Shown piece by piece: positions 14,779-29,126 of a stretch of DNA of 64,000 nt. Position 1 is the stretch's first letter. The number at the start of each line of letters is the position of its first letter. The stretch lies in assembly GCF_006345805.1 (NCBI RefSeq), contig NC_042998.1:122636001-122700000 (forward strand), in the 5' to 3' direction. The stretch is from Octopus sinensis (Eukaryota). The translations under genes were made by a program, and so were the position numbers. The notes under the pieces are model-generated. The model worked only from the letters and a program-made list of their open reading frames with translations. It was not told where the DNA came from and searched no databases.

Positions 14779-14830
14779 TATATATATATTATATATATAT
14801 ATTATATATATATATATATATATATGTACA
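14255..14830. repeat. (TGTA)n and (TA)n microsatellite cluster
   Basis: Directly visible. Confidence 0.9.
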
Positions 14831-16351
14831 CACACACACTTATACACCCTTATGCATGTGCGTGTGGGGGTTTGTGCGTAAATACTGAAATATAAGCATG
14901 TAAGTCCATAATGAAAATAATATGCATTTATATATAAACACACACATATACATATATACATATACACAAGACTTATAGAAAAAATACATACATGTCTATA
15001 ACATTTGCATGAAAATATGCGTGTGTCCGTGTGAATGTATTTACGCTATTTCCACATGTCTGTGTAAAATAAACAAAATTCAGTCAGAAGAAAAAAAAAA
15101 CAACGAAAAGGTTTCTTGATAACTCCATTGAAATGTCATTCTGTCGATATGATGGTTTTGTGATGGTAGTTGTACTTGTGTCTTTTTTGTCTTTATATCA
15201 CGTTATACCATGTAGCTTCTCAAGCATTTCCAATGAAAAGGAATTTTCATGTTCCATCTTACCTACCCTTGTGTACATTGCTTAGGAAGTGTCGCTGTTA
15301 TATTTTGTTCGGTATTTTTTGGTCTTTTCTTCTATTTAAGTTTTGTCTGGATGGAATCATACTTCAACTGAATGTCTAAAATAGAGTATTTAGTTTCATT
15401 ATTGACACTTTCGCTAACATAATGTTTTGCATTTTTCCCCCTTCCAGTAAAAAGAATCTCGATATTGAACAAAAGTGAAAACAATTTTATTCTTTAAATG
15501 CATTTATTCTGCTTTTATTTTTTTTATCTTTTCAGATATTTTTCTCCTTCTCTTTTCTCTCTTTCGATAACTCTCGATAATAACATCTCGTTCTCTCGTC
15601 ACCAGACACATTTTAACATTCAACCTTTGATTGGCATTGATTGGGTAGATCTGTAAAATTGCTTTTTTTAACGTCTCCTTTATATTATCTTCGTTATTTG
15701 TTCAGCTTTCCTTTGCTAACCCGATATATACATAAAAGCAGTTTCCTTTTCTTTTTTTTCATGTTTCTTGACCCTCCTCCACCATTCCATTTATCATCCA
15801 TTATCCTTTCAAAATATTTACTAATTCTAATAATCTATTTCCATTACATATACATAAATGCTTCCCCGCCGCCTTATTTTACCCAGGGGACCAATAATTA
15901 TCCCGTCGCAACAATTCTTCAAGTTCGAATAAAGAGTCATATTAACTCAAAACTTGTCAACACCAACAGACAGTCTGGCGATGGCTGTGCAATTATATAC
16001 AGTAAAGGCTCTCCTCATAGAAGCTTAGTTGTGACCCAGTTTCTGAAGTTCCCGATTGTAACATTTTCAATTTACTTTGGACAATAATATACCTTTGCAA
16101 AGTAAAGACCTCACAATTTCCACCGAAATCCATATAGTTGATAATCCTCTGATCGATATGTCTACATGCAGACACAGAGACGCATACACACATAGATGCA
16201 TGTATATATAACATAACAGAGAGAGTTGTCTTCTCTTTTTTTACCCTAGAAGGAAAGTAAAATAATTCGTTTTTGTTATATATAAATTTTCTAGTCCACT
16301 GTTATAACATATGCAATGCAATATACGTAGAATGTTTACCTTTTTCAGCAA

Positions 16352-16352
<1 letters not shown>

Positions 16353-16435
<83 letters not shown>

Positions 16436-16496
16436 GTCTATCTATCTATCTATCTATCTATATATCTATCTATCTATCTATCCCTGTACACACACA

Positions 16497-16537
<41 letters not shown>

Positions 16538-16545
16538 TACACACC
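16353..16545. repeat. (TATC)n followed by (CA)n
   Basis: Directly visible. Confidence 0.95.
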
Positions 16546-18022
16546 TATATAAATGGCATCTATATCTATCTAGAAGACAATAGACTATGTTTATTCGAAA
16601 CATGTACACTGTCTATTGATCGATTTGGTTCTCATCAGTAATGCATTTCTATTTGGATTTCACAGTTATGTGAATGAAATACCATATAAAATTCCAATAG
16701 AATATAATCTTGTCTTCTTTTACTAGTTATATTCATTGAAATGCATCCATGCTGGAGCACCGATTTCTATGATATTATATGATTATATTTACCCCATACT
16801 TCGATACAAGGGAAAAATTGGTACAAAGGGACATCACCCACACGTCTCTAAATGCAAAATTGTATTTCTGTTCAACGTACTAATTTCGTTCGGCCATCTC
16901 ACACCATCACACACCGACACACACACACACTCAGACACACGTGTGTGTGTGTGTATTTGAGTGCGTTTCTGTGCATGCAGGTGAGCGTAAGTTATATTTA
17001 TTGAAGCTGACACATAACTTTGATTTACGCCTCCAATCCTAACAAAAAATAAAAAAGTGCTACAAGAAATCTGTTATTTGAAATGTATATATTTATGAAG
17101 ATAAGAACAAAATGAAAGCTTTTGATTGGGTGCAGAAGAAAAATTGAAAAAAGTTTAAAATATCATAAAAGATAAGGTAATAAAGAAAGCATAGTTATGA
17201 AAAGTGAAATATAAATGAATAAAACCTCATATATAGAAAGCAGTGTCTCTGTGAGGGAGAGGGAGGGATTTCTGCCTTTGGAATAACTGCTTAACTGTAT
17301 CTAAAGCAGTAATGGATGGAAGCAGTGACACAAAGATGAAGTGAAAAATAAATATCTAAATAGAAGCATCGGCTGCGAACTTGCGGTTAAGGAAATATAA
17401 TAACATTGAGGAGTGAACAGGAATCTTTGCTGAGAAGGAAAACTGAATGAAAGAATGGCTTTATCGTAACAGAACAATGGGGGAGGGGGAAAGAGGAAGC
17501 TGGAATATCATATAAGGTTTGTCGCACGTTCTAGCACCACCATAATTACAGATAAGTTCAGGATAAAAAAAAAATGTATCATGGTGTTTTGATGATGCTG
17601 TTACTGGTTTCAGTAAACTCTAAACAGAACTAAAGTTGTTGGTAAGCTAATAATGATTAATGTGCAAGTAGTATGCGAAATATGTCGCTGAGAGAAATGA
17701 TACTGCTTTTGACAGGAGAATAAAGAGCGGATGTGCTTACTTAGTGCAAATAACTAAACTGCAAAGGCATTTCGTTATCTTACCCCTCACCTTGTTAACA
17801 AAGATGGGATATGCTTTGACATGTTCAATGGACGGGAACCAGCACTAATTGATAACATTATTCTTCGACAAAAGATGACTGCTTCTGTTGTACTCCGCAA
17901 ACGTATGAAGTAATCCATTAGATTTATGCAAAATTGAATGTAAAAACAGATATCAATGCATATATATATGTATACACACACACACATGTATACACATAGA
18001 CGCACACACATTGTTTTTATTT

Positions 18023-18444
18023 AGGCGTAGACGTGGCTGTGTGGTAAGAAGATTGCTTCCCGACCACATAGTTCCGGGTTCAATCCCACTGCGTGGCACC
18101 TTGGGCATGTGTCTTCTATAGTCTCGGTTCGACCAATGCCTTGTGAGCAGATTTGTTGGACGGAAATTGAAAGAAGCCCATCGTATGCATATATCTACGT
18201 GTCTTTGTGGCTTTGTGTTTGTACCTCTATCGGCGCTTGACAACCACTGTTGATTTGCTTACGTCTCTGTAAGTTAGCTGTTCGGCAAAAAGAGACCGAT
18301 AGAATAAGCACCAGGCTTTAAAAAGAAATAAAGAAGTACTGGGGGGGGGGTCGATTCATTCGACTAAAATACCTTCACAGGGCTGCTCCAGCATGGCCGC
18401 AGTCAGATGACTGAAACAAGTAAAAGAATGAAAGAATAAAGGAA
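18023..18444 (+). mobile_element. tRNA-derived SINE, family B, copy 1
   Basis: tggctgtgtggtaag (A-box), gggttcaatccc (B-box), gcgtggcaccttgggc, internal TA/TG tract, 3' gactgaaacaagtaaaagaa; homologous to 59083-59465. Confidence 0.85.
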
Positions 18445-19019
18445 TATATATATATATTTATATATATATATATGCCTGTATGTAAACAGGCATGTATTTA
18501 TAGTAAGGGATACTACACCATTTTTTCCTACTACATTTTACTTATAAAATTTTACTCAAGTGACATCTACGTACTGGGTTATCAACATGGTTGAGAATAA
18601 AAAGACTCTTTTGTGAGGGTGAGAAAGTTTTCGGCGAATAGAAAATATTACTTATTTATTCTAACAGAAAGTGTAATGTAATAGCTTTTACATGACCTCG
18701 GAGTTATAGAAACGAATTGATTCGAGTTTTACCGCATGAGCGAGGTCAAGAAAATCGAGACTGAGATCTGCACCTAAGGTTTGAACACAATACCGTGTCG
18801 TACATGTTTCACTTCCTCGTCTACTGTTTCCATGAAAGACCTGAACGTTACATTTTGTCTTTAATCCAGTTCTAAAATAAGAAAAATATACTTATTAAGT
18901 CTTTGATGAATGCCTATGACCCTAGAATGCAAAATAACAAATCCTATTTATTACATTTATGCTCCGAGTAAACACATATCTATTCTTCATATATTTTACA
19001 CGCAATCACACACCCACGT

Positions 19020-19065
<46 letters not shown>

Positions 19066-19175
19066 ATATATACACACACACAAATACACACATAAACACA
19101 TATGTAGATATATGTATGTATACATATATATATACACACACATATATATACATACATACATACATACATGTAATC

Positions 19176-19210
<35 letters not shown>

Positions 19211-19310
19211 TGTATGTATGTATGTATGTATGTATGTATGTGTGTAATATGAGCACACACATATACGTATGTACAAACATATATACATATACACACACAT
19301 ATACACTCAC
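19020..19310. repeat. (CA)n/(TACA)n/(TGTA)n cluster
   Basis: Directly visible. Confidence 0.9.
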
Positions 19311-20094
19311 GCGATTGTGTAAGTTGTGTATGTATAATCAATTAAAGCCAGAGTGAAAATGATCATTAGTAACCAATTATAATTTAAAGTAACAATCGGG
19401 ATTCTTATGTAAACAAAGTACAAATAGGAATTTCAGTCCAGTAATCAAAGGAAAAATTGTGAACATTGTATGTTGTATGAATTATTTTGATATACCAATA
19501 TAATCCATAACATTATGTGCTTAATCAATAAAACTATTTGACGAAACTAGAAAATAAACCCATAATGTTTTGAATGAATAGATTTAGCAAAAAGATAAAA
19601 GTTTTAGTTCTGGAAATAGAAAAAAGAAACTATTGAGAAAAGTAATTTAATATTTCTCGACTCTCCATCAATTGTTCTGCAGCCACAATAACAAAAAGCA
19701 AAGGTGGAGGAGAAATATTGTTAAATATGCAACCATATCTGTTGAAGTTTCTTATATTTCTGCATTTAACTGGGGAAGTTTTAGTGATCTGGGGAAAAAG
19801 TCGTTATTTATATATTTATATATATCAAGACCGCTTCCTAATGGAAGGTATATTTCAAGTTTTCAAATAAGGGTTTATAACCCCTGGTCATAGAAGATAT
19901 TTTATTAGAATATTCAGCTTTTTGAATACGGAACAAATTCGTTCGTACATAAGTATATATACACTTACCTACTCACACACATATATGTATAAATAAATGC
20001 ATGTGTGTATGTATGTGTGTACATATATATGTAAACACACACGCCCGCACACATTCACACACATATACAGACTCGTTTATATATTTATATATAA

Positions 20095-20158
<64 letters not shown>

Positions 20159-20159
20159 A

Positions 20160-20220
<61 letters not shown>

Positions 20221-20300
20221 CACATACACACATATATATATATTTATGCATATAGACTCGTACAAAAATTCGTATATAAATACATATATATATATATGTG
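20095..20300. repeat. (TA)n cluster
   Basis: Directly visible. Confidence 0.9.
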
Positions 20301-22516
20301 TGTGTGTGTGTGCGAATGATATTTTTTGCTAATGCTCTTTTGTCTGTGTGAAGTTTTGACGATTTAGTAGGAAGGCCAGCAATAACGTCATCTCCACACA
20401 GCGATTTGGAAATAGCAACTGAAGAGGAAGAAGATAAAGAAAGAAAATCAAAACGAATGCTTTTATAGATGCTTCTTTGACAGTTGGCTTAAAAGCCTAC
20501 TTTCTTGGAACTGTAAAATAACAAATGGCTTTACAAGCGAATCAGACAGTGAAACTTCTCCACATTTGTTAAATGTGAAGATTAGATATAATATTTCTTT
20601 TGTTGGGGTGCTTACATAGATAACCGATATTGATCTTTTTTCCTCAAGCACAAAGCCTTTTTGTGAACAAAAGACAGTGAAAGTAAAGGAGGAATAGGAG
20701 GAGGAGGAAGAAGAGAAAGAATGTGGGAAACATTATTCAATTGAATTAAGCGCAATGTATTACTGGTATAACTTCTAAGCGACGAGAATATAAAGTATAA
20801 TGCACTCATCTTTAAGGTCATCGACTTGTATCGGTAAACTCTTTCAAATAATGCTGTTACAAGTAACAGGGGAATTTTAGAACTCTTACATTTCATGCCC
20901 TTGGACTTGTAGGTTCAGTTCTTCCTATGTTCTTTGTTCATAGATCTGTATAGTTTCTCTGAATCTTATTGTCACGACGCCTGTATAGCATCAATACGAT
21001 TCTACCTACTATTTATTTTAACAATATCGGATGAATATCATACCAAGCGCGTTCTCTGCCAACACTATCGTACTTGCAATTAATTAGAAGTCATCAAAAA
21101 ATTCTCTGATGAATTCTAATTAAGAAAGAAACGAATTTGTGCGCATTCTTCTAAATAAATATTAATTATTGTTTCCAAAGTGTATACATTTGTATGTATG
21201 CGTGTATGTGTGAGTACGTGTGAGTGTGTGTGTATGAATGTGTGTGTCCGTACGTGTGTGTATGCATATGTTTATACTTCTGATTGAAGTATATATCACA
21301 CATTTTCTCTTTATATATCTGAAAAAGTGTAATTAACATTATTCTTTTTCAACTATCGAAATTAATTCAGTGTCACGTGATAATGCAATATTTTCAAAAT
21401 ATGTCGGTTGGACAATTTTCACAAGTAACCATATACATACTTATGTTTCAATATATACACATATACATATGAAGACACATACATAAATATGCATAGATAA
21501 TTAGACACACACACACGCTCACACTCACAGACACAGGCACACACATACACACACGTACACAACTATACTGACTATACATATACACACATACTTAACTGTA
21601 TCATGGCTGAATTGAGAGAAATCTCGCATGAGATTACCAAATGAATGAATGTGATAAATGCAATGAAATTGAATAACCCTGTAACATTTAATGAATTGTT
21701 TATTTTTACTTAGAGTTCAAATCTTTTCTGTTTTGATTTTGCATAGTTTTGAAATCTTTCGTTGTTAAAATAAATACCTAACAATCCTCTTGAACGGGAG
21801 TACATTCAATCACGTGAAACACTCCTCAAAATTCATGCGAGAAATTTTATATTTTATAATCGTAGTTGCGTATTTGGGCGAAATAACAAGATTCATTTAT
21901 TTTTGTTCCTCTAACTTCGAATTCTTACTAGTGATATTGGATGTATTCAAACAGCTATATGTCCATGACTCGTAAATAAACCTTAGTTTTGTGCAATGCT
22001 GACAGTGAAGTTTACCGAACCTAAGCAAATTTGTAAATGATATACATAACCTTTTGATAGGTATTTGACCGCGCGACTATCTCACCGGTTTTAAGGTGCG
22101 TATGGAAATTATTGGAGTAGATCTTTTCGCCAAAACAAATGAAAAGAATAAAACTTGTCCATCTACATTTGTACATTCACTGTCGAATGAATCCATGACT
22201 TCATATCTTAAGTGTAAGGAATTATATTTTTAACTTAATGCATTCCTTCATTTAATGTATTCTCGTAAATCATATGAACATGTAATAATGTGAAGCATAA
22301 TGCGAAGCTATATTGGACACATGGCATAAGTGTAGAACAAATTCTTCTATTTGAATAAATAGAATTAGAGAATGAGAGAAAGAGAGAGAGAAAAGGAGAG
22401 ATTGATGTGTATAGATAGAAAGAGAACATGAGAAAGAAAATGAAAGAATGCGAGAATAACAAAACAAGAGCGTTATTATTAATTCTAATCTGCAAGTGAA
22501 TTAAAGAGTTTGGGTC

Positions 22517-23240
22517 AAAATCGTGGCCTGCAAGAATTCCGAACTATCTTGGCATTTGGGATTAAAAGAATGGAGAAAAGCTGTCAGTTTTGATACAGTG
22601 GGTTTGTGAATTTGATCCCATTTTGAATTCTCTATTATTGTCAAGAAAGAAAGAAATAAGAGATAAAGAGAGAGAAAGTGGGAGAGTTATCAGTTGAACA
22701 CAGATAGAGCGTCAATGTCGCTGTTATGGCATAATGGAAAGTTGGTGGTATTGAGCTAATACAACCGCTTGAGACTATTCATATATCGACGCCAGTATGT
22801 GATAAAACTATAGCCAAAGTTGACTTATTTCATCTTGCCTTGTTCGATACTTTAAATATCAGCAATATACTTAATCCTTTAACACGATTATGTCATCCTA
22901 TCAAAAGAATTTAACTGTGTGTTTAGGCAAAATAGATGTTACATTTTTAGAGAGTGAAATGGCTGTAAATTTATTTCACATTACTTAATCTGAAGCATGA
23001 AAGAAACGAGAGCACAGGCTTTAACAATTATGCTATAACGACGACAATAACATTGGAATCTGTGTTCAACTGATAACTCTTCCATTTTCTCTCTCTTTAT
23101 ATGCCACTCTCTTTCTTTGACAATAATAGGGAATTTAAAACGGGATCTAATTCACAAATCGACTGTATCAAAACAGTTTTTCTCCAGTCTTTTAATCTCA
23201 AAAGCCAAAATATTTGGGAATTCTTGCAGGCCATGATTTT
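22517..23240. repeat. Long imperfect inverted repeat (arms 22517-22735 and 23027-23240, 291 bp spacer); third copy 24422-24616
   Basis: aaaatcgtggcctgcaagaattcc...ctattattgtcaa...gagttatcagttgaacacagat is the reverse complement of atctgtgttcaactgataactc...ttgacaataatag...ggaattcttgcaggccatgatttt. Confidence 0.85.
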
Positions 23241-24723
23241 CTAATTGGCTGTTGGTTATGGCTTTATTGATAAAACAATTAATGCAATGAATAGTTGTTG
23301 AGTAGCCATAGGTCATCTCTGATGAAACAGAACTATTATCAAAAGCTTTCCAACCGTGACTATGCACTCATTTATTGCGATTATGCTCTAAGATTGAAGG
23401 CTGCATTATGTGAGAGAATATTTGTCTTCTAATTCTATGATTTCGAGCGACCACTCAAACACAGGGTTCATTGTTAGTGTCACTCTTGGTTATCCCAAAC
23501 TCCCTTCAAACACACTGTTAATTAGCCCTCGAAAATGTTAAACGTCATAATAGCCCTATTTCTTTGCATTTAATAAAAATGAAGCACACTATCCAATTAC
23601 AATTTTTGCAGGTTAATATCAGAGAACATGAACAGAGAAAGGAAAAGGAAACCTTAGAGTGATGGTCATATGGTGAAGCAGTGTCAGAGGAAACATTAAT
23701 AAGCATTGAAAGCAGAATACAAACGTTTATTAAAAAAATATCGTTTAGTGAGAACTACGAGGGTGGTCAGGGTGTGGATAACATACAGACAGATGGTTCG
23801 TTCACACGAACAGAGATTGTTGTAACATATGTATAAAATATAGAGGGTGGGTAACAGGTATATGGTAATGTATCAATGTGGAAAGGAAGACAGCTCTTTA
23901 AGGAAAGTGAATTAAGTTATTAAATAACACGTAACTTGGAAAAATTTGAAACTTATCTATACATTTATTTGTACAAAGGTAATATATAAACATACAGTTA
24001 TATTTATATGTATTTAATCACGTTGAATCGGTACTTTAGTAAATATTATTCGACCATCACTGCTGTTGCTAGTATAAGTAGTTTTTGTTGATTCTCACTG
24101 CTTCGACTGCGGTGATGGTGATTGTGCTGGAACTGTGGTTTCAGCAGACATGTCAGTTTAGAGTAGAGTCGCTGTTGTTAATAATGTGTTTCCGATGTTC
24201 GTATTGTTGGGCTGTGATGTTGTTAGGTAATTTAATTTAGTTGGAGCTTGGAACACTGTTATTGCTTGGCGTGCTGTGTCTGTCATTGTTCGAGTTGTTG
24301 TTCTTCTTGCTTGATACGATTTTGCTGCTGTTGCTACTCTCTTCTTTTCTCTCAGTGGACGACGGCAGTCTATAGAAATCGTTTTCATCAAAGAGAACAT
24401 CTTCATCGCGAGCTTCAAAAGTTTTGCTACAACGACTACAATAACACTAAAATCTGTGCTAGACTGATAATTCTCAATTTTATCTCACATTATCTCTCCT
24501 TATTCCTCACAATAATAGGGAATTTAATATGGGTTCAAATTCACAAATCGACTCTAGCAAAACAATTTTTTTCCACTCTTTTATTTCGGGCAGTTATTAA
24601 AATTACGGCCATGTTTAATGTTTTAAAAATATTTTCTTCCAGAGAAAATTAAAAAAAAATTATTTAAACCCCAAATGAGTAAAAATAAAGTAATCAACAG
24701 AGCCTCTTTCTCAATGGCGTCAC

Positions 24724-24725
24724 AT

Positions 24726-24797
<72 letters not shown>
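24724..24797. repeat. (CA)n
   Basis: Directly visible. Confidence 0.97.
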
Positions 24798-24800
<3 letters not shown>

Positions 24801-25259
24801 TGTATATAAACAAAAATTCACAAACAGTAATCACGTTATCAGTATGCCATGAAACTGGACTATCATCTGTAGCGTCTTCCTCACTTTTCACTTTCTGAAA
24901 TATTTGTTTTAGGTTGTTGGTTACTAAAACAGTATCATTCTCCTTTCTACAGGCTTTATTAGCTGCATTTGTATACCGTTTTTCTATAGTTCAATGAGAC
25001 ATGTATGGGGCAACTTTCGGTAAGTTTTGCATACATTTCTCATTAGAAGTATGCAAAATATTAATTTTTTAATTCATTTTTGACGTGGTTTAATTTATCC
25101 GGCATTTTTTGACAAGTCTTATCTTAGTCGAACTCTTCTGAAAGGATGAAATGCAATGTTGTCCTCGGTGGGGTTTGAAACTAGAGATGCAAAATGCAGG
25201 AACGACGATTCCAAAATAATCTGGGCCAAGCCATATCGACTCTGCAAATTGATCTTTTC

Positions 25260-25546
<287 letters not shown>

Positions 25547-27105
25547 GCAGCAAAACGGGAGTATCCCCGTATTTGTAAAGCGAGGAGCAGTGGCACTGCT
25601 AAAAAAAGATCCAAACAAGGGGAATGTCATAGATAACTTCAGGCCCATCACTCTGCTCAACGCAAATTTGAAAATTTTGGCCAAGGTGTTAGCCGAGAGG
25701 TTGGCGCTTGTCATTGAGAAACTAGTTGACAAGGCGCAAACTTGCGCCATGCCAACCTCCATCTGGTGCGCTACACCATAGACAGGGTAGTTAGGAATCC
25801 TGGCATGGGTGGCGCGCTGATCAATTTGGATCAATCAAAAGTTTTCTATAGGGTAGACCATCACTACTTGGACGCTGTCCTTAAAGCGGCTGGTTTCGGT
25901 CCCACCTTCCGCGGTTGGATCGCTGCCTTATATAGCGACATCCACTCGGTAGTTCACGTAAATGGTCATCTATCCAGACCATTTAACATCATGCATTCGG
26001 TTCGTCAAGGATGTTCCCTCTCGTCGCTTCTCTATGTATTGACCCTTGAACCACTGCTGCGGAAGCTGGCGACGCTGAGGGGCATCCCATGAGAGCTGGG
26101 ATGCGGGAGGAGCGTGTCTGCATTCGCGGACGACGTCACCGTCATAGTGTCGAGTCACAAGCTCATCGACCTGGTCGGTGAGACACTAAAACAATACGAA
26201 GCGGTAACGGGAGCCAAAATGAACCGGGAAAAGTCAGTGGGCTTGCGGCTCGGCACCTGGAGAAACAAGCCCATGCCGTCTGCATCGTAGGACGCTAGAC
26301 CGACGGTCCGGTTAAATTGCTCGGAGTCTGGTTCGGTCCGGACCTCCAAATGGAGAAGAACTGGGGTGATATAACGACTATGGTGGCCACTCTCACCCAG
26401 CAATGGGCTGAGAGAAAGGTATCCCTAAACGGTCGGGCGGAGGTGGCGAACGCGTACATCGCATCCGTCATCGAGTACCGTCTGGCCGTCGTGCCTTGTC
26501 CCAACCCTACCACAACCAAACTGGAACTTCCCCGCTTCCTGTGGAAGGGAAGCGTTCTGATGGTTAGGCGATCCATTTGCTGTCAACACCCGGTAAATGG
26601 AGGGCTAGGCCTTCCTTGCTTGATGATGCGCAGGCATGCACTGAGACTGCGATATCTCCGGCGCTTCATGGACGACTGTGAACAGGTGTGGTCGCCGTTT
26701 GTGTGGCGCGCTTTCCCGTAGCTCGTCTCCTTGGCCGAACTACAGTCGTGGATCAGAGACTGAGGCTAGGCAAATGGCACCGCGAGTGTCGCATTGCTCT
26801 CAAGCAAATTTGCCATCGGGGCCAAACTTGTGCAACTTCATGACAACAAAGGTGTTCTATTCAGGATTAGTGGAGGGGAGGTGCAACGACGTTCCTGGGC
26901 AGAATCTGGGCGTCGACGAGGAATACCTGACCCACCTGTTCAGGACAACTTTCGGGCCGGGACCTATGAACAATCACCAAAGATTCCTGGCCTAGCAGTG
27001 CTATCGAGAAGCATTACATGTTCGGGATAAGCTCTGCAGGCACGGTTCGAAACATACCGAAACGACTTGCCCGAGATGCGGTCAGAGCGACGAAACTGTT
27101 CTGCA
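25547..27105 (+). mobile_element. Tx1/L1-clade LINE ORF2 fragment (RT to C-terminal Cys motif), disrupted
   Basis: [91 protein letters not shown]; stops and frameshifts; both ends truncated. Confidence 0.92.
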
Positions 27106-27111
27106 GAATGG

Positions 27112-29077
27112 ATTATCATTTATAAGGTGTTTGTCCAAATTTTTAGAGGGCGAGTTATTTGGGGAATCAATCGATTGATTGTTGTGCTTTTTATTATTAT
27201 TCTTCATAGTTTCATAGAAAGTGTCTAGCTTTTTATTGTTGATAGAGGCTATAATAGTAGCTAAGTTGCTAGTTAGGCTATGGCCTACTCTAATTTTATT
27301 ACTAAAGATCCCTGAGTATTTCGTATTCATATTGAAGTGCTTATTTATAAGCTTCATTATAGATTTAGCTATATTGGCTTTTAGTTTTATCGCGAAGGGG
27401 ATTATTAGCCAGAGGTTATTTTTATTCCACTTGTTATTTTTAATATTTTTGGGTTTTTTTTTGTGTAAAAACTGCACTCAGTATTATGGTAGATCTAAAG
27501 TTATGGTTATAATTATTCTTCTTTCTATTGTTATTTTTATTACTATTGGTATTAGCTTTGGTAGGGTTGTTCCTATTCGATTTATATAAGTTATTTACCT
27601 TGATGTTATAATTATTAACAGGGACTTTATTGGTTCTTTTAGGTGTATTATTTTAATTTTTACCGTCATGATTAATTTTCTTGGTATTGTTATCATTCCC
27701 ATTATTAGTATTTGTATCGTTATATCTAATGTTGTTCTTAATATTATAATGAATCTTACTCTTCCTACTATCTTTATTAGTACTATTATTCCTATTATTA
27801 TAATTATGAATATTTATGTTATTCGGGTTATTTTTTTAAGGCTCTGAGTAAAGGTACTTAATTTTTAGCTTATAACCTGCTTTTTCCAATGCAATGTTGT
27901 AGTGTTCCTTATACTTATTGAAGATTTCTTCGCTGGACAAGAGATACGAAAATCCTTTACTAGTTACATGTACAAGTCCTCTTTTTATAAAGTTTGGGTG
28001 GTTGCTATGTGCATTAATATATTTGAAGTTGGTATTAGGTTTAACGTACGGTTCATGTAATTCCGTGGTTAAATTACAATTGACACCTAAATAGTTTATA
28101 GAATTATGTTCTTTTTCTATCGTGATGGTTAATCCAAACCGTTTAAAGAACTTATATAATTTTTCATTAGTAGTTCAAGTCTCCTATTTGAGGTATTTTT
28201 AAGGATAACTAACGAATCCTCTCTGTAAAGGTCTCCTCTAATCTCTGGGAATTCTTTGTGTAAATGTGATTAGATACCTGTGCTGAGTCCGGAACCCCCA
28301 TAGTGATGTCAAAATAATTGGGGGTGTCCTTCCTTACCCATATTTTTTTATCAAATTTTATTATAGATTTCCTAGCTTCTATCATTACCTTAATTTCCTT
28401 CATTGTCATTTTGGTATATTTTTTAGCGAAAATCAGAGCGCTATTTAGAATCGTAGTGTTAATTGATGAGTAGGAGTTCTCTATGTCTATTTGTAGGAAC
28501 TTAAAACTATTTTTATTCTGTATGTTGGAGAACCAATTAAGGGCGTCGTGGGTATTTGATCATAATTCTAGAGGGATTTTATTTTTTATAGTAGGAATAT
28601 ATTTATCTAAGATTAATTTACTTAGCTTACATAGATCGGATTTATTAGGGCAGACTAGTCTAACTTCTGTGTCTGTTAAGAAATTTTCTTCATGGTCCTT
28701 AATTGTTATGCGCGTCTGGAAGGTGCGAAATGTTTAGTTTTCTCTTCTATGTTGTAGTTTGTCATAATCTTATTGGTAGATAAGTCCAAAGATCTTAAAG
28801 TGATATTAGGCACCATTTTGTATTGTTTTGTTAATTCTTTATGCAATAACCGGTGGTATAAATCAATATCCAAATTATATGAGTTCCTGGTTTTGTCGGA
28901 GTGTACAATAATTCCCTTTTGCGATTTCAGTTCGTGTAGTAGGCCCTTTAAGCTTCTTTGGTAAGTATTATTCTTTAGTGGGTGTCGTTTAAATTTTAGG
29001 TTCTTAATAGTATCCCACAGCGCACACACCACACAGACAGACAGACAGACAGACACACACACACACATACAGACACA

Positions 29078-29126
<49 letters not shown>

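Noticed and set aside
16585-16645. Hammerhead ribozyme (CTGATGA on minus strand)
   Set aside because: No GAAA core, and stems I/III cannot be formed.
28560-28562. In-frame TGA in the PLE ORF as selenocysteine
   Set aside because: Falls at a conserved Trp position (TGG>TGA) in a copy with other stops and frameshifts; domain order is not Naiad-like.
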